DNA of 64,000 bases from positions 2,166-66,165 of the forward strand of contig CALVNE010000004.1 in the NCBI GenBank assembly GCA_944349515.1. Direction: 5' to 3'. This stretch comes from an uncultured Clostridia bacterium. Lineage in GTDB: Bacteria > Bacillota > Clostridia > Christensenellales > UBA1242. The position numbers were made by a program, and so were the translations under genes. A model generated the notes under the pieces. It saw nothing but the letters and a program-made list of their open reading frames with translations, ran no database searches and had not been told where the DNA came from. Each line of letters begins with the position of its first letter. The first letter of the stretch is position 1. Positions 30,801 through 35,296 of the stretch are shown in pieces.

Positions 30801-33197
30801 AGCGATTACGAGTTCTACTTTGTGGCAACAAGTGTGGTGGACACATCATATGACGCCTCAGACCTCTTCCGCACACAAGTTATCACTTTCGACGAAAGTG
30901 GACTTCAAGTGTTGATTGACGATAATGCTTACAACTCTTTACAAATCAAACAGTATAACCGCACGCTCTCTGACCCTGAGAGGTTGCAACTATTCCACGG
31001 CACAACCGAAATTGACTACGACCCTTCCGGTGACGCCGTGTGGGATACTTCAAATTCTAGTTCGTTGTTCGCCTTCGATTCCTTCTTCATTGCCTCCCTT
31101 AGCGACGAGTTAACCGACGGCGTTAGCAGTGTGGCTTTTGGAGCGCACACCGGCGAGGTGGTGTTCAAAGCGGACGTTACAAGCGAAAATAGTCACACCT
31201 TAACTTTAAGCGAAGAAGAGGCGACAGAGAAAGAAAACGAAATTTTAAGATTCACAAATGCACACAATATCATCTTAGGCGACAATGTTTACTATGAGGG
31301 CAACATGATTTTGAATGGCACACAACTCTACGGCAACAGTTATGTTATCAACGTCTTTGGCAATATGAACGCGTGGAAAAATATGATTGAAGTCAACGCA
31401 ACGGCAGACAGTCAAGGACTTATCACAGACACTTCCTTTGCCTTTGCGGTGGACTTGACAAGTTACGCTTATCGTGGCGAAGGGGTGACCGAGGATAACG
31501 ATCATTACGACAGCGCACTTATCTATGTTGGCGCAGAAAATAATGGCGGAATGCTTAGTAACATTAAATTATACGGGTCACTTAGAAATGTAAGTTCCGA
31601 CACCACCGACGAGTTTGGCAACGTTGATTGGAGGACCAGAAATGCTGATGGGCGGGCTTACATAGATTCTTCATATACAGAAGCGGAAGTGTTATTAAGA
31701 AAAATTTCCCTTCTTTCGTCAAATCTAACTGAAGATAGTTCTAATCTTCAAAATATCACATCAGCAATGACCATTCAAGGCAAAAGCGCAAAGGCGAATG
31801 ACCGTATTGTTGCCAGAATGACGGTATCTTCTGGTGATGATTTTGGATATAACCAATACAACGTTAAAGACGGCGCGAACGTCAATGTTGTTTTAAGCGT
31901 CGGCGAACAGGTCAGCGCAAACAAAACCTATGTTGTGCTGGGCGACGGTGCCAATGGCGCCAATGGCGCAGAGGGTAGCTCTACGGGTGCCAATGGTGGT
32001 AACGGCGGTAAGGCAGGTATTGTTGATAGCACGGGGAAAGATGACAAAACTAACGAAGAAAATGGCGCAACAGTATTTTATGGCATCGACGGCTTGGGTG
32101 GTAACGGAGGAAACGGTGCGGACGGCAAAAATGCTTCCTACTATTATGTAAACATCATTATACCACGAATAGATGCTAGCACAGGTGGCGGAGGCGGTGG
32201 CGCCTACGGACTTGACGGCAATGTTTACAAGCTGACGAACGCAGACGGCACATATACTTTAACTTATAATGGCACAATTGAAACGACGGTGTTATCTAAT
32301 AGGCGTCAAGCAAGAGATTCAAAAAATATCGACGGCACTCAAATATCCGCACTTGCCGGCAACGGCGGAACAGGTGGACTTGGACTTATCTATATCGGCG
32401 GTGTTAGTGATGATAATGTTTATGACGCCTTCAATAGAGATCGAGGGTCCTTAGGTCCGACTTATCCAAACGAATACGCAACCTCATGGTATATCACCGC
32501 TGCCGGCGGTGGCGCTGCGGGAAGAAGAGATAACTATCAAGGTGCTGGCGGAAGGCGTCATGTTGGTGAAACCGGCGAAAGTGGAATGGCTGGGTATGAG
32601 ATTGGAACTAAAGGCAGTAGTAGTTTTGAACGTGGCAGTTTTACTCATGGTGAAGTAAATGAATATTCATATATATACACAAGTCAAGCAAAATCAAGTT
32701 ATTATTTTGCAAACCATCATGGAGATTATCCAAATGAATTCTTATTTGGAAATCTGCAATATATTCCTGCCTTCTCACATTGGTACATTACTCCTGCATC
32801 ATATGGGCATGATAATGTGAATATCATAGTAAGACCTCCTGATGGTTATAATGATGATAGATATGGAGGGGTCTTGCTTGGGCGTGAAAATTCAACATAT
32901 GATGATGTTTCCACACTTACTGGATACTTTAACTACTTCCTAGCCGACAAAACTAGTATTTGGAAAGATATCTATTATGGTGGTGCCGGAGGATACTTTA
33001 CGACAAGTATTAATCCGAATGGTGTTTATCCGGAAATGTATGGTGGGACTCCATATACCAAAGAAATTTTGGGATATGTATTGTTTGAAGACGAAATTGC
33101 AAGTTATTCCGGTTACGGACAGTACTTCTTCACTAGAAATGATATGGTGACAAGTGGTGGCTCGTTCGGTATGGCGCAAGGGGTGTATATCAAATAG
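12789..33197 (+). CDS. giant (6,802 aa) surface lipoprotein with Ig-like repeats, five GLUG-type beta-helix blocks and a glycine-rich C-terminal region
   Basis: Single uninterrupted ORF of 20,409 nt. SD AAGGAGG at 12778-12784. Lipobox LSAC. 22 G-G-[LIVA]-[AVI]-G pentapeptides are readable in the translation. No LPXTG, HEXXH or C-terminal TM. Confidence 0.9.
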   Translation: MKKIAPIMLCVFMMFGGIVLSACSGSNISLSLSTNYVEIYTNDADRENYQSANIEVSLNGSNDGIDVQVESGDDVVTIASRENSSSSTTITLNAIKSGDARVKVYSRENNAVYDYLNIKVYTLPTATNIIDQNDDNNRTSMFVVKDGEGVSLEVDKYISFEPADVNVKDISWSFNSQNEEISTVYEQDMGDGTTETYAEIVNNTLKVYDACNEQTITVYAIVETDRSLSKPLVFEVIESSSINYYEIGGHEIDDADGEVEFDLVRNNSNTDASSGVGVSSISGEVCLTTFDENMTLTPKAYLKNSGVEVEAREYFKFTYNSVYDDVRGRLTFYFTIDALYDDYTMEKRFGELYFDLVFEYSEYVYSISAREELVGEPVLNLSFVPESIVLRDQSGNDIGGNPIDLYSQYYGSQGYLVTGYVYPDDVPLSDDTYRIQIDLSEYIGLADSDSEGFVDRFLQVSDRTGRKIELEQVGNSQTYLSTSIANGTSVYLRSGDLGGNPSINGFPISFLASVNSHVATESLTANLYYITTGTTMTVAEVIYDEDGNESFVDDYTAVKYLSSARNSAGVASTKEYFFRISGISSAEGLSLDRAENQNFTITMDEYARSADDEEQFVIVRVTVTPNGTNFRDRTTFRFYHKSGLTSDTVTLETFVPLAIASVQDNNQASNNIFGETTEEQNYLLVDGEIVAEGASSTTLSSILASAGSNVSILLNYQSATLNTVANTAGYQFFFLNYELLDMEEDEFKSLNVADILNYNNAFTSDGITDYFTYNNGVLSLNDSEFVVFVKVEFYGYDSNHNDVTLVRFFKLESFYPVTILRSNVSDVNLLSHQSLAEGDEELSQVDVTLTLRSDSKVTTYASEDEHLSYFKIILGAETSYVVNNDNLANGTLEDENNSFENMLSLYDISYIYNDYLYLTNFRLVGGNTFRFNIRAESTNFQNHVNDVVMIEYSYGSVTYRESINVNITQVNRVEEVSWLNANADSSIYLNLATNDTLEQNFTIITSVGPSDAYNTSLSHVYQPMDNNGDILQITTSEVGQTFTLSINSATRGGWGYLYLLPADMIKAQGGTRRALVYRQDDLGNMVSEFLALDDIHSWYDAVINGEEGYLNYFLNNDDERIYYRDIIVQIRITVADGTSEETAIRIYEEADFVQEIQENPSLFYRIMNDLTLEDYKENFNFSGMIFGDNENVSINLNGISLIGELSGVVKDLTIYGSSTNGAFVASKIGESVTNNNVISAGYRLPTVENVIIDVRYDDESNRYEPSALSGSRSESGTTYAGAIASVNGGIILDSYVYGVTLNTTGVDYVGGLAGWSYGEISGSGVEFYQFAGDDNNYTNTFAGGTIGGLVGHLGSQDFTSSVTNSYVYAFNLNAGVGASGISSYTSNILGAQWFGGLAGSSEGTVNIDTSFAFMGEYANLIGNLGTGTNITNAYITYYSISNGLYYPNFTYYNGNGVLNTVSYSQMNTMPWTGLDSAIWEYENISSEYNFGYPYFKEVKQTMSASVEQTVQFVSGKSLPVDGGENGILFNYSVRENVTGDIANGELEAYNTISLKELFGVTEAESRSLLLSVDNPLYAHFSNSSITTLMTTDNYAGRVVGVTLTSRTDFSNSKKFNIMIIDAIPEFVVTANDVVLRDEQILSVQTGARNAQSVSVIVDDTIYLNGESYTLILDDYDYFNEFDETNQYEGVENYYFTHETLGNAIEYQANNASESNVNANIYLGLTSLGANYESYSEAIKINNTRNLLLYAYDGANSLSVSADLLSFKPLGTTSFTATINSDRVDEKLFIEVGYDDGNDEEIYDVIYSDDMNGTVKINDNLEIYFSMTEEKNGNNIFVNTLIGVSQDYRHRVDKDYNLTLYIRPDSKRTSDDLLSTISLTVLKQSIEDFNVTNYSLLSKQLRNSRWYYVRSENITTTIAPGTETILMVDVNPNYAHMSNFTVTYTLSNPSAGTVSLSRLMYNNSYGYYVDSTTTEALNAYNSTLRGLNVTPTDDDLRNGVYYFRLYISSSFTANSLINLTFTFYDGEEVLKSETVPYTIDYIQEAVVLVNGETSIMLARGDSASVSVEVNIDQTLDSIYLSGHGAYITMTNITETIYPTYKLYTASINTSVLSTLASGEETGSFTVEASVVSYINGRPSYKYSYATISLVDFVVNTSETSLSTSGSTSIYGGVEYDTFNSYMNASNELSFNYSVSPSSYTYNTVEEEIAVNELLQKQRSFQSTGYYADAENGYYINYETNPISGAIEKVSLKERLYYANSDGTYTAVYNSQQNRFLENSTFDFVGGDEGNSITIRGKQSGSVLLRLETIIMVGNNIQRFNYDFVVRITIWTDEEVPIPIYTAEEFLRYLNGNPDSEGNTDSGDYILMNDIILDSYVPQSTQYFDSLDGNGYTIYLNSFTFDNASTTLNLALFSEVTSNSTIKNVRVNLYNAGQITVNIQQYDYINIAGFTLLNNGIIYNCDVVSFYDVNNSSYRVGGNNGIVVSFVRGNGGQAVDLTSGDIRPENINIAGFALDNNSIITNSRVGGETYKCIREEFDERYYDEMSLSLFTIQGQGYVSGFVGENSGTISASFASNMAISNSMQTTLSETAGFVLENLGTINTSYVRGQYSTADDDEYYYDGSTISTTGNVGGFSYYNNGTIKNSYVNFAIEIEQSRSYMSAGFVYRNGSEGIVTLCYAQVKMSSSSINDMSFSGVTEGGVSLNENDDGISYCYYFSDERDIDIQGEYEGIGAYAISTVDDESVYYRFSFASEQNAVDGIWTMLGEGRGITLASADHIAFSNRYIVYDEENEEEYALFYSTLRDYTTRLQVDLSYGSLNNPIIIRSAEDFARATGRATSEEISSYQNYYNDYEVFGNYRFVNDIDFSTIDQNLDDNKAVRLTTTTKEFSGIIDGNGFTISNIVLESSGTLENYGLFASINNGTIMNLGLEVASVHNGTASIVGTLAGTAIDSRLIGLSLSLAGSRDDEDALVAISIHGNNIVGGVVGAVFGNSKLSDILIEDIDVAANYYDEYKTVTNNNYNPNSTLVGESLKKIVEAGGSLSSAVSNLSYAGGLAGYVDIYEDIDEENVTFSGSVDYSTYDLLTIRISNSINIYGEVAGGLVGYLSGTTTAYDMGLELNADMALSTPSYITAKNLYAGGIVGESYGGLFACYAEYTRELQDTIEESMYRYYNSSANVERGQMSIFSFTESETGVGITSRYNDPYFVGGLVGYAGGGFISTSYNRLNVVSNTSHKRDYQAYFGGLVGCVDSDDYFSSQILNTRGQVSYSLNETYFSGVLNSTTAASMGGAVGLITSDSIVEMRRVNSIPYYDSNSDRSKIFGLIGGFETNVNTDGGLSLTRPSHLYLMDNANGYYDIITNTRLSGNTYETTTTSIAVSAEYLAQNDVLENDATRYNYIFSYRDSLIETFNPDISDAATDIDSAQIMQVEWIRNLSTMESAYTRMNQYFLRNDWEPDYWQHEVGTLYPRIVLTPRTNTVYLDAYEESIREVLDIINENSSYTVIVRGLIDPENPSLGYTDVDLRPYLDASTTARNFSGRFVSYEEYMNSNTEGLVTAGKEVFDGPYIIGGTAGENVGIILDQPIFETVDYGFEMGNLNIYYTNSGNVSTTSYTSLLVARTATNGYFHELDIHLNNPLTLQADSYGMAGLLTAESISTDFVDINIIFRRANLNDNSVDLTFIDSDAERLNGGSQYFGILSGRMLQNSVYKAMTISNINFAVEQKRTSSQQSGGGTATQNSNINFNFVKQTDNSYDLYFGLLSGDSSVEAGSNPSRFRMTSLNRYQGNNYNINITFTKNDSLSGDQNINNAYIGSYFGRANFGYIEGVLGDDNYPLNNITISQNLPVTTEYIGLGFGRLVGNGSMNITKDSDAVVNFVAKGSVVQEGTVETAYIGGLIGQAEMNLSIDSNIETGLSLAGAENITSSANIGSIIGVLNGTFSAKSFSTENSLTVNTLGGVDINYGLIGVLSGRASVEMGVDTDADAMLSRDDITILNTTGNVNIGGVVGKVESTNSENAVTISNYLNLSTYTIENCANATVGGIVGDASTASFTITSSGFGGKVLLSSVNNNQDFAVGGIIGRAQQSTSPSTLSNIYSFGDVFVSYANNDNRLNTYYFGGAVGFYEVQEGSNVNLTIRNSYSLMSSFNDRVTNAIANYAVNAFVGYGADSVTYSGNYYASGVTFALQTQSGNNDTYFIAHNASAPTYYGYTLSNNEVQASNTNIVANIRNGISNIVGGTNALDDIKKLNPTLLEVGGNGAFTGVFDNSTARDINWFYVGSSLGDSDNYITARIATLNNAVIVGNGQTINFRSSEDATEVGEEATSDYGFIGEMSTLGNSFSAVTNLVVNNTVSVVSNSGIAVGGIVGHMGASNGGTSILYAVGVSGEIIVGGTGNIYVGGLVGNMQGEGMINNAYFDGDIYYSAGANGTATGIAYSQSHLEILNTFSAGSIQTLSSLGYVSLFNDSSASTVTRIFDSYTIMQHFGNTDYDAGIYEGNLGTFVGTQSNCLSDSSGVSYATRSVGYGGATYSKNSLVVSEDDAGTANNNNGYVEVENGTRDVWFYSPYKNYGYGTTGFGFLRNVTIATRESVQTGDSETVNYEYTKYAISDIANIETTTTDFFYPILNSAQFNAMITLSGAADVAEKDRQYMLRYDITANLDRGSNFSNPSAPFTLDGRNNTLTLNSSSSNMNVALFNVIYGNLENLNFKDVKVESTDSSLNLENGMSVYGTLANASYNARIVNVTMQGTLAVTDTYKIVGGVIGVAVNSEIRAVESVVDFALNADSSNSIVGGVVGYAIENGDAREDIAVGIFYSSNAGNISIDDPYARNVGENESSTEEGGQDLVFITASLNGDALTLSSKGTISAHTSNVGNGGTSDMQLDSNLSSIIGGIAGVSEVNIDHSYNSATLINGYRQFTSEEQHKIGAVSAGGIAGYSTADISNSFNAGYVVAGNMYNYYETVESANVERKYGYVALAGGIAGYTTGSIGANGTSYNDGKVQSVSYFDSKVPAGNDGSEYQIELSSVTWEMNNTGWDGTVDGTGKTINETLNDLEDYINNALYPGQGDAYDGSMYNRKDTSISLTFNFKIKMNTINTARLTHAYALGYQGAESEMNGANGQYAEIVNDGCIGLIEKDVSFNETIQRYGGVTLSYPYIYDWVEFAEVDENFVASYSQEGNGESSSESMNMISAYDSYGFPSRLNVYYKYSFDMNVLSANRSRNYHSLWRLAGSLNAPTNRYKFTVTDKPYDKTHTVSAEGEVISLDLSVQNAQGVLPGGETEHYFSMPFYQGSGATGYDGSSYEEYMYRLNNTLSLYNNYTTASMGTDISQDLERLYGEIKTYVSNNTPEKKFNIRGNTFSMVYSGDQLSAYTKGVSFTGQIEIGNAPTLSRDGEELSSTSAGIRVKDMTFDIYNGATQVALSPLSYTAYISENTIYYTVYYDKDALSENFGGEDLDLSGLSIDAGYTLEYTFRDSLTLTKNNVIQDEEIVIFKIMDEDTLTAISFEEYFAELDSIQTSELPVEFEGIDDEVIAPLLGDDGNYRITYGNLPNSTGEKEAYFSFNSVADADAFVGALDESGTVNMYFYYQTYGSGEYEDENIVTHVGALSDISQDYIFGIGEFGDAGTVLTNTAGVSLDETAGSSIMRLMFPNNSDLGAIKVEFENGNIYFYPQTSDEDKFSYYIDTYGTGIEVSAVSNGTNFYINLDFSMETNSGLYSAWQSMLSSATVSTAEAVTDNNTVTVPNRISQTLNGVNVTYILDRSNTTDFTYQDVGNSVEVTRTGSQAVFTANYNYAGASVGGVGNVQFVTISDNLYYVNSDYVLRVGENGQVSGIRDNKGATYEFTSGNTDTVYGLLTAGTSYTLTTIEYSNATLNIYRHAGGEIRVYEFSGSAYIVDGADRYVYVNDTLTSVTAIDEDYFFVANNGALRNFTLTDIVLSDDDYYLVYSGGLFVGNFGAYSYDPNSNTATYGGANVESMIYRLNLSDLTGTFDITTETGNETANYSGGYNGWFESDYEFYFVATSVVDTSYDASDLFRTQVITFDESGLQVLIDDNAYNSLQIKQYNRTLSDPERLQLFHGTTEIDYDPSGDAVWDTSNSSSLFAFDSFFIASLSDELTDGVSSVAFGAHTGEVVFKADVTSENSHTLTLSEEEATEKENEILRFTNAHNIILGDNVYYEGNMILNGTQLYGNSYVINVFGNMNAWKNMIEVNATADSQGLITDTSFAFAVDLTSYAYRGEGVTEDNDHYDSALIYVGAENNGGMLSNIKLYGSLRNVSSDTTDEFGNVDWRTRNADGRAYIDSSYTEAEVLLRKISLLSSNLTEDSSNLQNITSAMTIQGKSAKANDRIVARMTVSSGDDFGYNQYNVKDGANVNVVLSVGEQVSANKTYVVLGDGANGANGAEGSSTGANGGNGGKAGIVDSTGKDDKTNEENGATVFYGIDGLGGNGGNGADGKNASYYYVNIIIPRIDASTGGGGGGAYGLDGNVYKLTNADGTYTLTYNGTIETTVLSNRRQARDSKNIDGTQISALAGNGGTGGLGLIYIGGVSDDNVYDAFNRDRGSLGPTYPNEYATSWYITAAGGGAAGRRDNYQGAGGRRHVGETGESGMAGYEIGTKGSSSFERGSFTHGEVNEYSYIYTSQAKSSYYFANHHGDYPNEFLFGNLQYIPAFSHWYITPASYGHDNVNIIVRPPDGYNDDRYGGVLLGRENSTYDDVSTLTGYFNYFLADKTSIWKDIYYGGAGGYFTTSINPNGVYPEMYGGTPYTKEILGYVLFEDEIASYSGYGQYFFTRNDMVTSGGSFGMAQGVYIK
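16200..17110 (+). other. GLUG-type beta-helix block 1 of the giant protein (approximate bounds)
   Basis: Starter IRIYEEADFVQEIQENPSLFYRIMNDLTLE, then VGGLAGW, IGGLVGH and FGGLAGS motifs with NSYVY/TSFAF-type rungs. Confidence 0.6.
19780..20890 (+). other. beta-helix block 2 (AGF-variant motifs; approximate bounds)
   Basis: Starter IPIYTAEEFLRYLNG...GDYILMNDIILD...LDGNGYTI, then IAGFTLLNNGIIYNC, IAGFALDNNSIITNS, VSGFVGENSGTIS, TAGFVLENLGTIN, VGGFSYYNNGTIKNS and SAGFVYRNGSEG. Confidence 0.55.
21240..22780 (+). other. GLUG-type beta-helix block 3 (approximate bounds)
   Basis: Starter IIIRSAEDFARATG...GNYRFVNDIDFS...IDGNGFTISN, then GGVVGA, GGLAGY, GGLVGY (twice), GGIVGE, GGLVGC and GGAVGL. Confidence 0.6.
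23200..26130 (+). other. GLUG-type beta-helix block 4 (approximate bounds)
   Basis: Contains GGLIGQ, GGVVGK, GGIVGD, GGIIGR, GGAVGF, GGIVGH and GGLVGN, spaced by NSY/SFG-type rungs. Confidence 0.5.
26627..27775 (+). other. GLUG-type beta-helix block 5 (approximate bounds)
   Basis: Starter YPILNSAQFNAMITLSG...RQYMLRYDITANLD...LDGRNNTLTLN, then GGVIGV, GGVVGY, GGIAGV and GGIAGY (twice). Confidence 0.55.
31929..32600 (+). other. glycine-rich tract of the giant protein
   Basis: Contains GDGANGANGAEGSSTGANGGNGGKAG, GLGGNGGNGADG, STGGGGGGAYGLDG, AGNGGTGGLG, AAGGGAAG and GAGGRRHVGETGESGMAG. Confidence 0.7.
32580..33197 (+). other. aromatic-rich C-terminal module with different base/codon composition
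   Basis: About 205 residues rich in Tyr/Phe/His/Trp/Gly (YYFANHHGDYPNEFLFGNLQYIPAFSHWYITPASYGH...). Visibly more AT-rich. I count only 3 GGC among roughly 27 Gly codons here, whereas GGC dominates upstream. Confidence 0.5.
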
Positions 33198-33415
33198 GCT
33201 GGTGGCAATTAAAAACATCCCTTTTGCCATGCTTTAAAAAAATGCATACATTTGGTTTAATTTTGGCGGTTAGCGCTATAGAAAGGTGCATTTATGGTGA
33301 ATTGCTTAGTTCTTTGTGCACTGGCAAAAATATCTAAATATCACGCTAAAATTTTCCATTTTATTTGACATAAACTTATTTTGCTTAAATTAAGCGAAAA
33401 TACAAAGGAGGAAAT

Positions 33416-34168
33416 ATGAAAAACGACGATATTTCGCATGACGGGCATAGGGCGCGCCTCTTGGACCTTGCGTGCAATGCCGGGCTTGACAGCATGAGCG
33501 ACGTTCAAGTTGTGGAATTTCTTTTGACCTACATCTTTCCACGTGGCGATGTCAACCCGCTGGCGCACCGACTACTTGACACCTATGGCGACATAACTCA
33601 CATAATCAACGCGAATGTTGCTGAACTTATGACGGTGAAGGGCTTAAACGAACGCTCGGCGAAGAAACTTTCTAAGTTTGGCGATTTGTTCTTCGCCTAC
33701 ATCACCGCGCGCATGAATAAAAAATTCCACGCCGCTTGCGAAGGAGAAATTATCGACGCCGTGGAAGATTTATTGCGATTCCGTAACGACGAATTTATGC
33801 TACTGCTTGGCTTTTCGCCCAAAAATTACCTCTGCGGTAAGAAAATGGTGACCCGCAATTCCAAAAACGAGGTGGGCATGAATGTTATGGAATTGACCGC
33901 CTTTCTTTCCTCCGTTAAACCGCACGCGCTGGCAGTTGCCCATTGCCACCCCTATGGGATAAGCGACCCAAGCAAAGACGATGTGCAAACGCTGGCAAAA
34001 GTCAAAAAAATTTGTTACGATTGTGGCGTTCGACTGATTGATTCCTACATCGTCGGCGAGGACGGCGTGTTTAGCCAAACAAGAGGTTTTAAGGTGAGAA
34101 AATACACCGACGTAGACGACCTTAGAAAAGCCTTTGAAACTTTAAGCGAAAACAAAGACGAAGAATAA
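33416..34168 (+). CDS. radC: RadC-like JAB/MPN-domain protein
   Basis: 250 aa. SD is AGGAGG. HhH-like segment (VKGLNERSAKKL) and the JAMM-type motif HCHPYGISDPSKDD. Confidence 0.8.
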   Translation: MKNDDISHDGHRARLLDLACNAGLDSMSDVQVVEFLLTYIFPRGDVNPLAHRLLDTYGDITHIINANVAELMTVKGLNERSAKKLSKFGDLFFAYITARMNKKFHAACEGEIIDAVEDLLRFRNDEFMLLLGFSPKNYLCGKKMVTRNSKNEVGMNVMELTAFLSSVKPHALAVAHCHPYGISDPSKDDVQTLAKVKKICYDCGVRLIDSYIVGEDGVFSQTRGFKVRKYTDVDDLRKAFETLSENKDEE

Positions 34169-34342
34169 AGGTTTGCTTTATTAGGTTTCGACATGGGCGC
34201 AGTCATTTTGGCGAGCGCTGTTCTCCATGATTTTGAAATTTGTTAAATTTACGCTAAAAACTTATCACAGTATAAATTGGTTTATATATAAAATATGCTT
34301 ATTTAAGCAACATTAAATTTTAAACAAAAAAACTTCTAATTA

Positions 34343-34375
34343 AAAAACTTCTGCAAATTTTCCGCAGAAGTTTTT
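34343..34375. terminator. bidirectional rho-independent terminator candidate between radC and the convergent gene
   Basis: AAAAACTTCTGC (34343-34354), loop AAATTTTCC, GCAGAAGTTTTT (34364-34375). The GC-containing core stem CTTCTGC/GCAGAAG is 7 bp. An A-run lies upstream and a T-run downstream. Confidence 0.55.
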
Positions 34376-34560
34376 ATATTTCCCTTTATTTTTTGTGACA
34401 TTTGATAAATTTAATTCAGTTTAAAAATTAATATTTGCCTATTTTAAATTTTCATTTAAATTATTATTTTGATTATTTTAAACCTTTTTAATCGACATAT
34501 TCGCCTTTTGCGCCTCTTAAGTTTTTTTGCACACTTTTATTTTTCTTAACTTGCTAAAAC

Positions 34561-34929
34561 TTAACCTATTCGCAAAAGGTAGTAGGTGACAATTACGCCA
34601 AGTATGGCGCCAAGGAAGGCAAAGAGGAAGCAAAGAAATGCCACAAGTGCCGTTCGATTTTTTTCTCGACGGCTGGGTTTTTCGTTTTCAATCGTTTCGT
34701 TGCCATAGGGCAGAACGGCGAGGCAGTAGGTGTCGTCATCGTCGTATTTTATCGAAATCATATCCTGCCTTTCAAGGTGGGTGAGGATATGGCGAATGCC
34801 GACGCTGTCGGTGCGATAGTGTTTGGGTAAGGCTGAAATAAGGTCAGCGCTTTCAAAAATCTTATAACTTCCGCCCACGCTCTCCTTGGCGAGAATCTTT
34901 AAAACAAGCATACTTTTACTGTCTAACAT
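34561..34929 (-). CDS. membrane-tethered winged-helix-like protein (paralogue of 57275-57634)
   Basis: I prefer the ATG at 34929 (MLDSKSMLVLKILAKE...) over the TTG at 34992. It has an N-terminal wHTH-like domain and a C-terminal TM (ALVAFLCFLFAFLGAILGVIVTYYLL). Confidence 0.5.
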   Translation of the reverse strand: MLDSKSMLVLKILAKESVGGSYKIFESADLISALPKHYRTDSVGIRHILTHLERQDMISIKYDDDDTYCLAVLPYGNETIENEKPSRREKNRTALVAFLCFLFAFLGAILGVIVTYYLLRIG

Positions 34930-35296
34930 ATTTCTATTTTTGCTATCTTTGCCTTTTTTATTCTTTTTCGTCCACTTTCGGGCGAATAGCAAACCTTTTT
35001 AAGGTTATTGTAGGTCTTTGATGCATTGTGGATATTATACTTTTTTGTTATTTTTAGTGCTATTGTTAATATTTTTAGCATTTTAAGCGCATTTATCTAA
35101 ATTTTTTTTGTTTTACGAAATTTTGTGTTCTTCTTTTTGTTTAAATTTTTTTAATACGCAAAACCTCGAAATTTTCTTGCCTAAGTAAGCGCAATTATCT
35201 TTAAAAGAAAAGTCATTTTTGTCAAAGATATTTTTTGCTTGTTTTTTCTGGGAAAAGGTGGTAGAATATATCTCGAGAGTATTTTAAGGAGTTTAT

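Noticed and set aside
13299-32454. Dozens of 60-160-aa ORFs in other frames or strands within the giant gene (e.g. 14071-14508, 23193-23660, 25203-25688, 20998-21390)
   Set aside because: All are nested in the single long frame. Their Arg/Cys/Pro-rich translations look like out-of-frame artefacts, and none has start signals.
12789-33197. Giant protein as an IgA-protease-like GLUG metalloprotease or a sortase-anchored adhesin
   Set aside because: I found no HEXXH motif anywhere in the translation. There is no LPXTG followed by a hydrophobic tail at the C-terminus; LPNSTG and similar strings are internal and do not fit.
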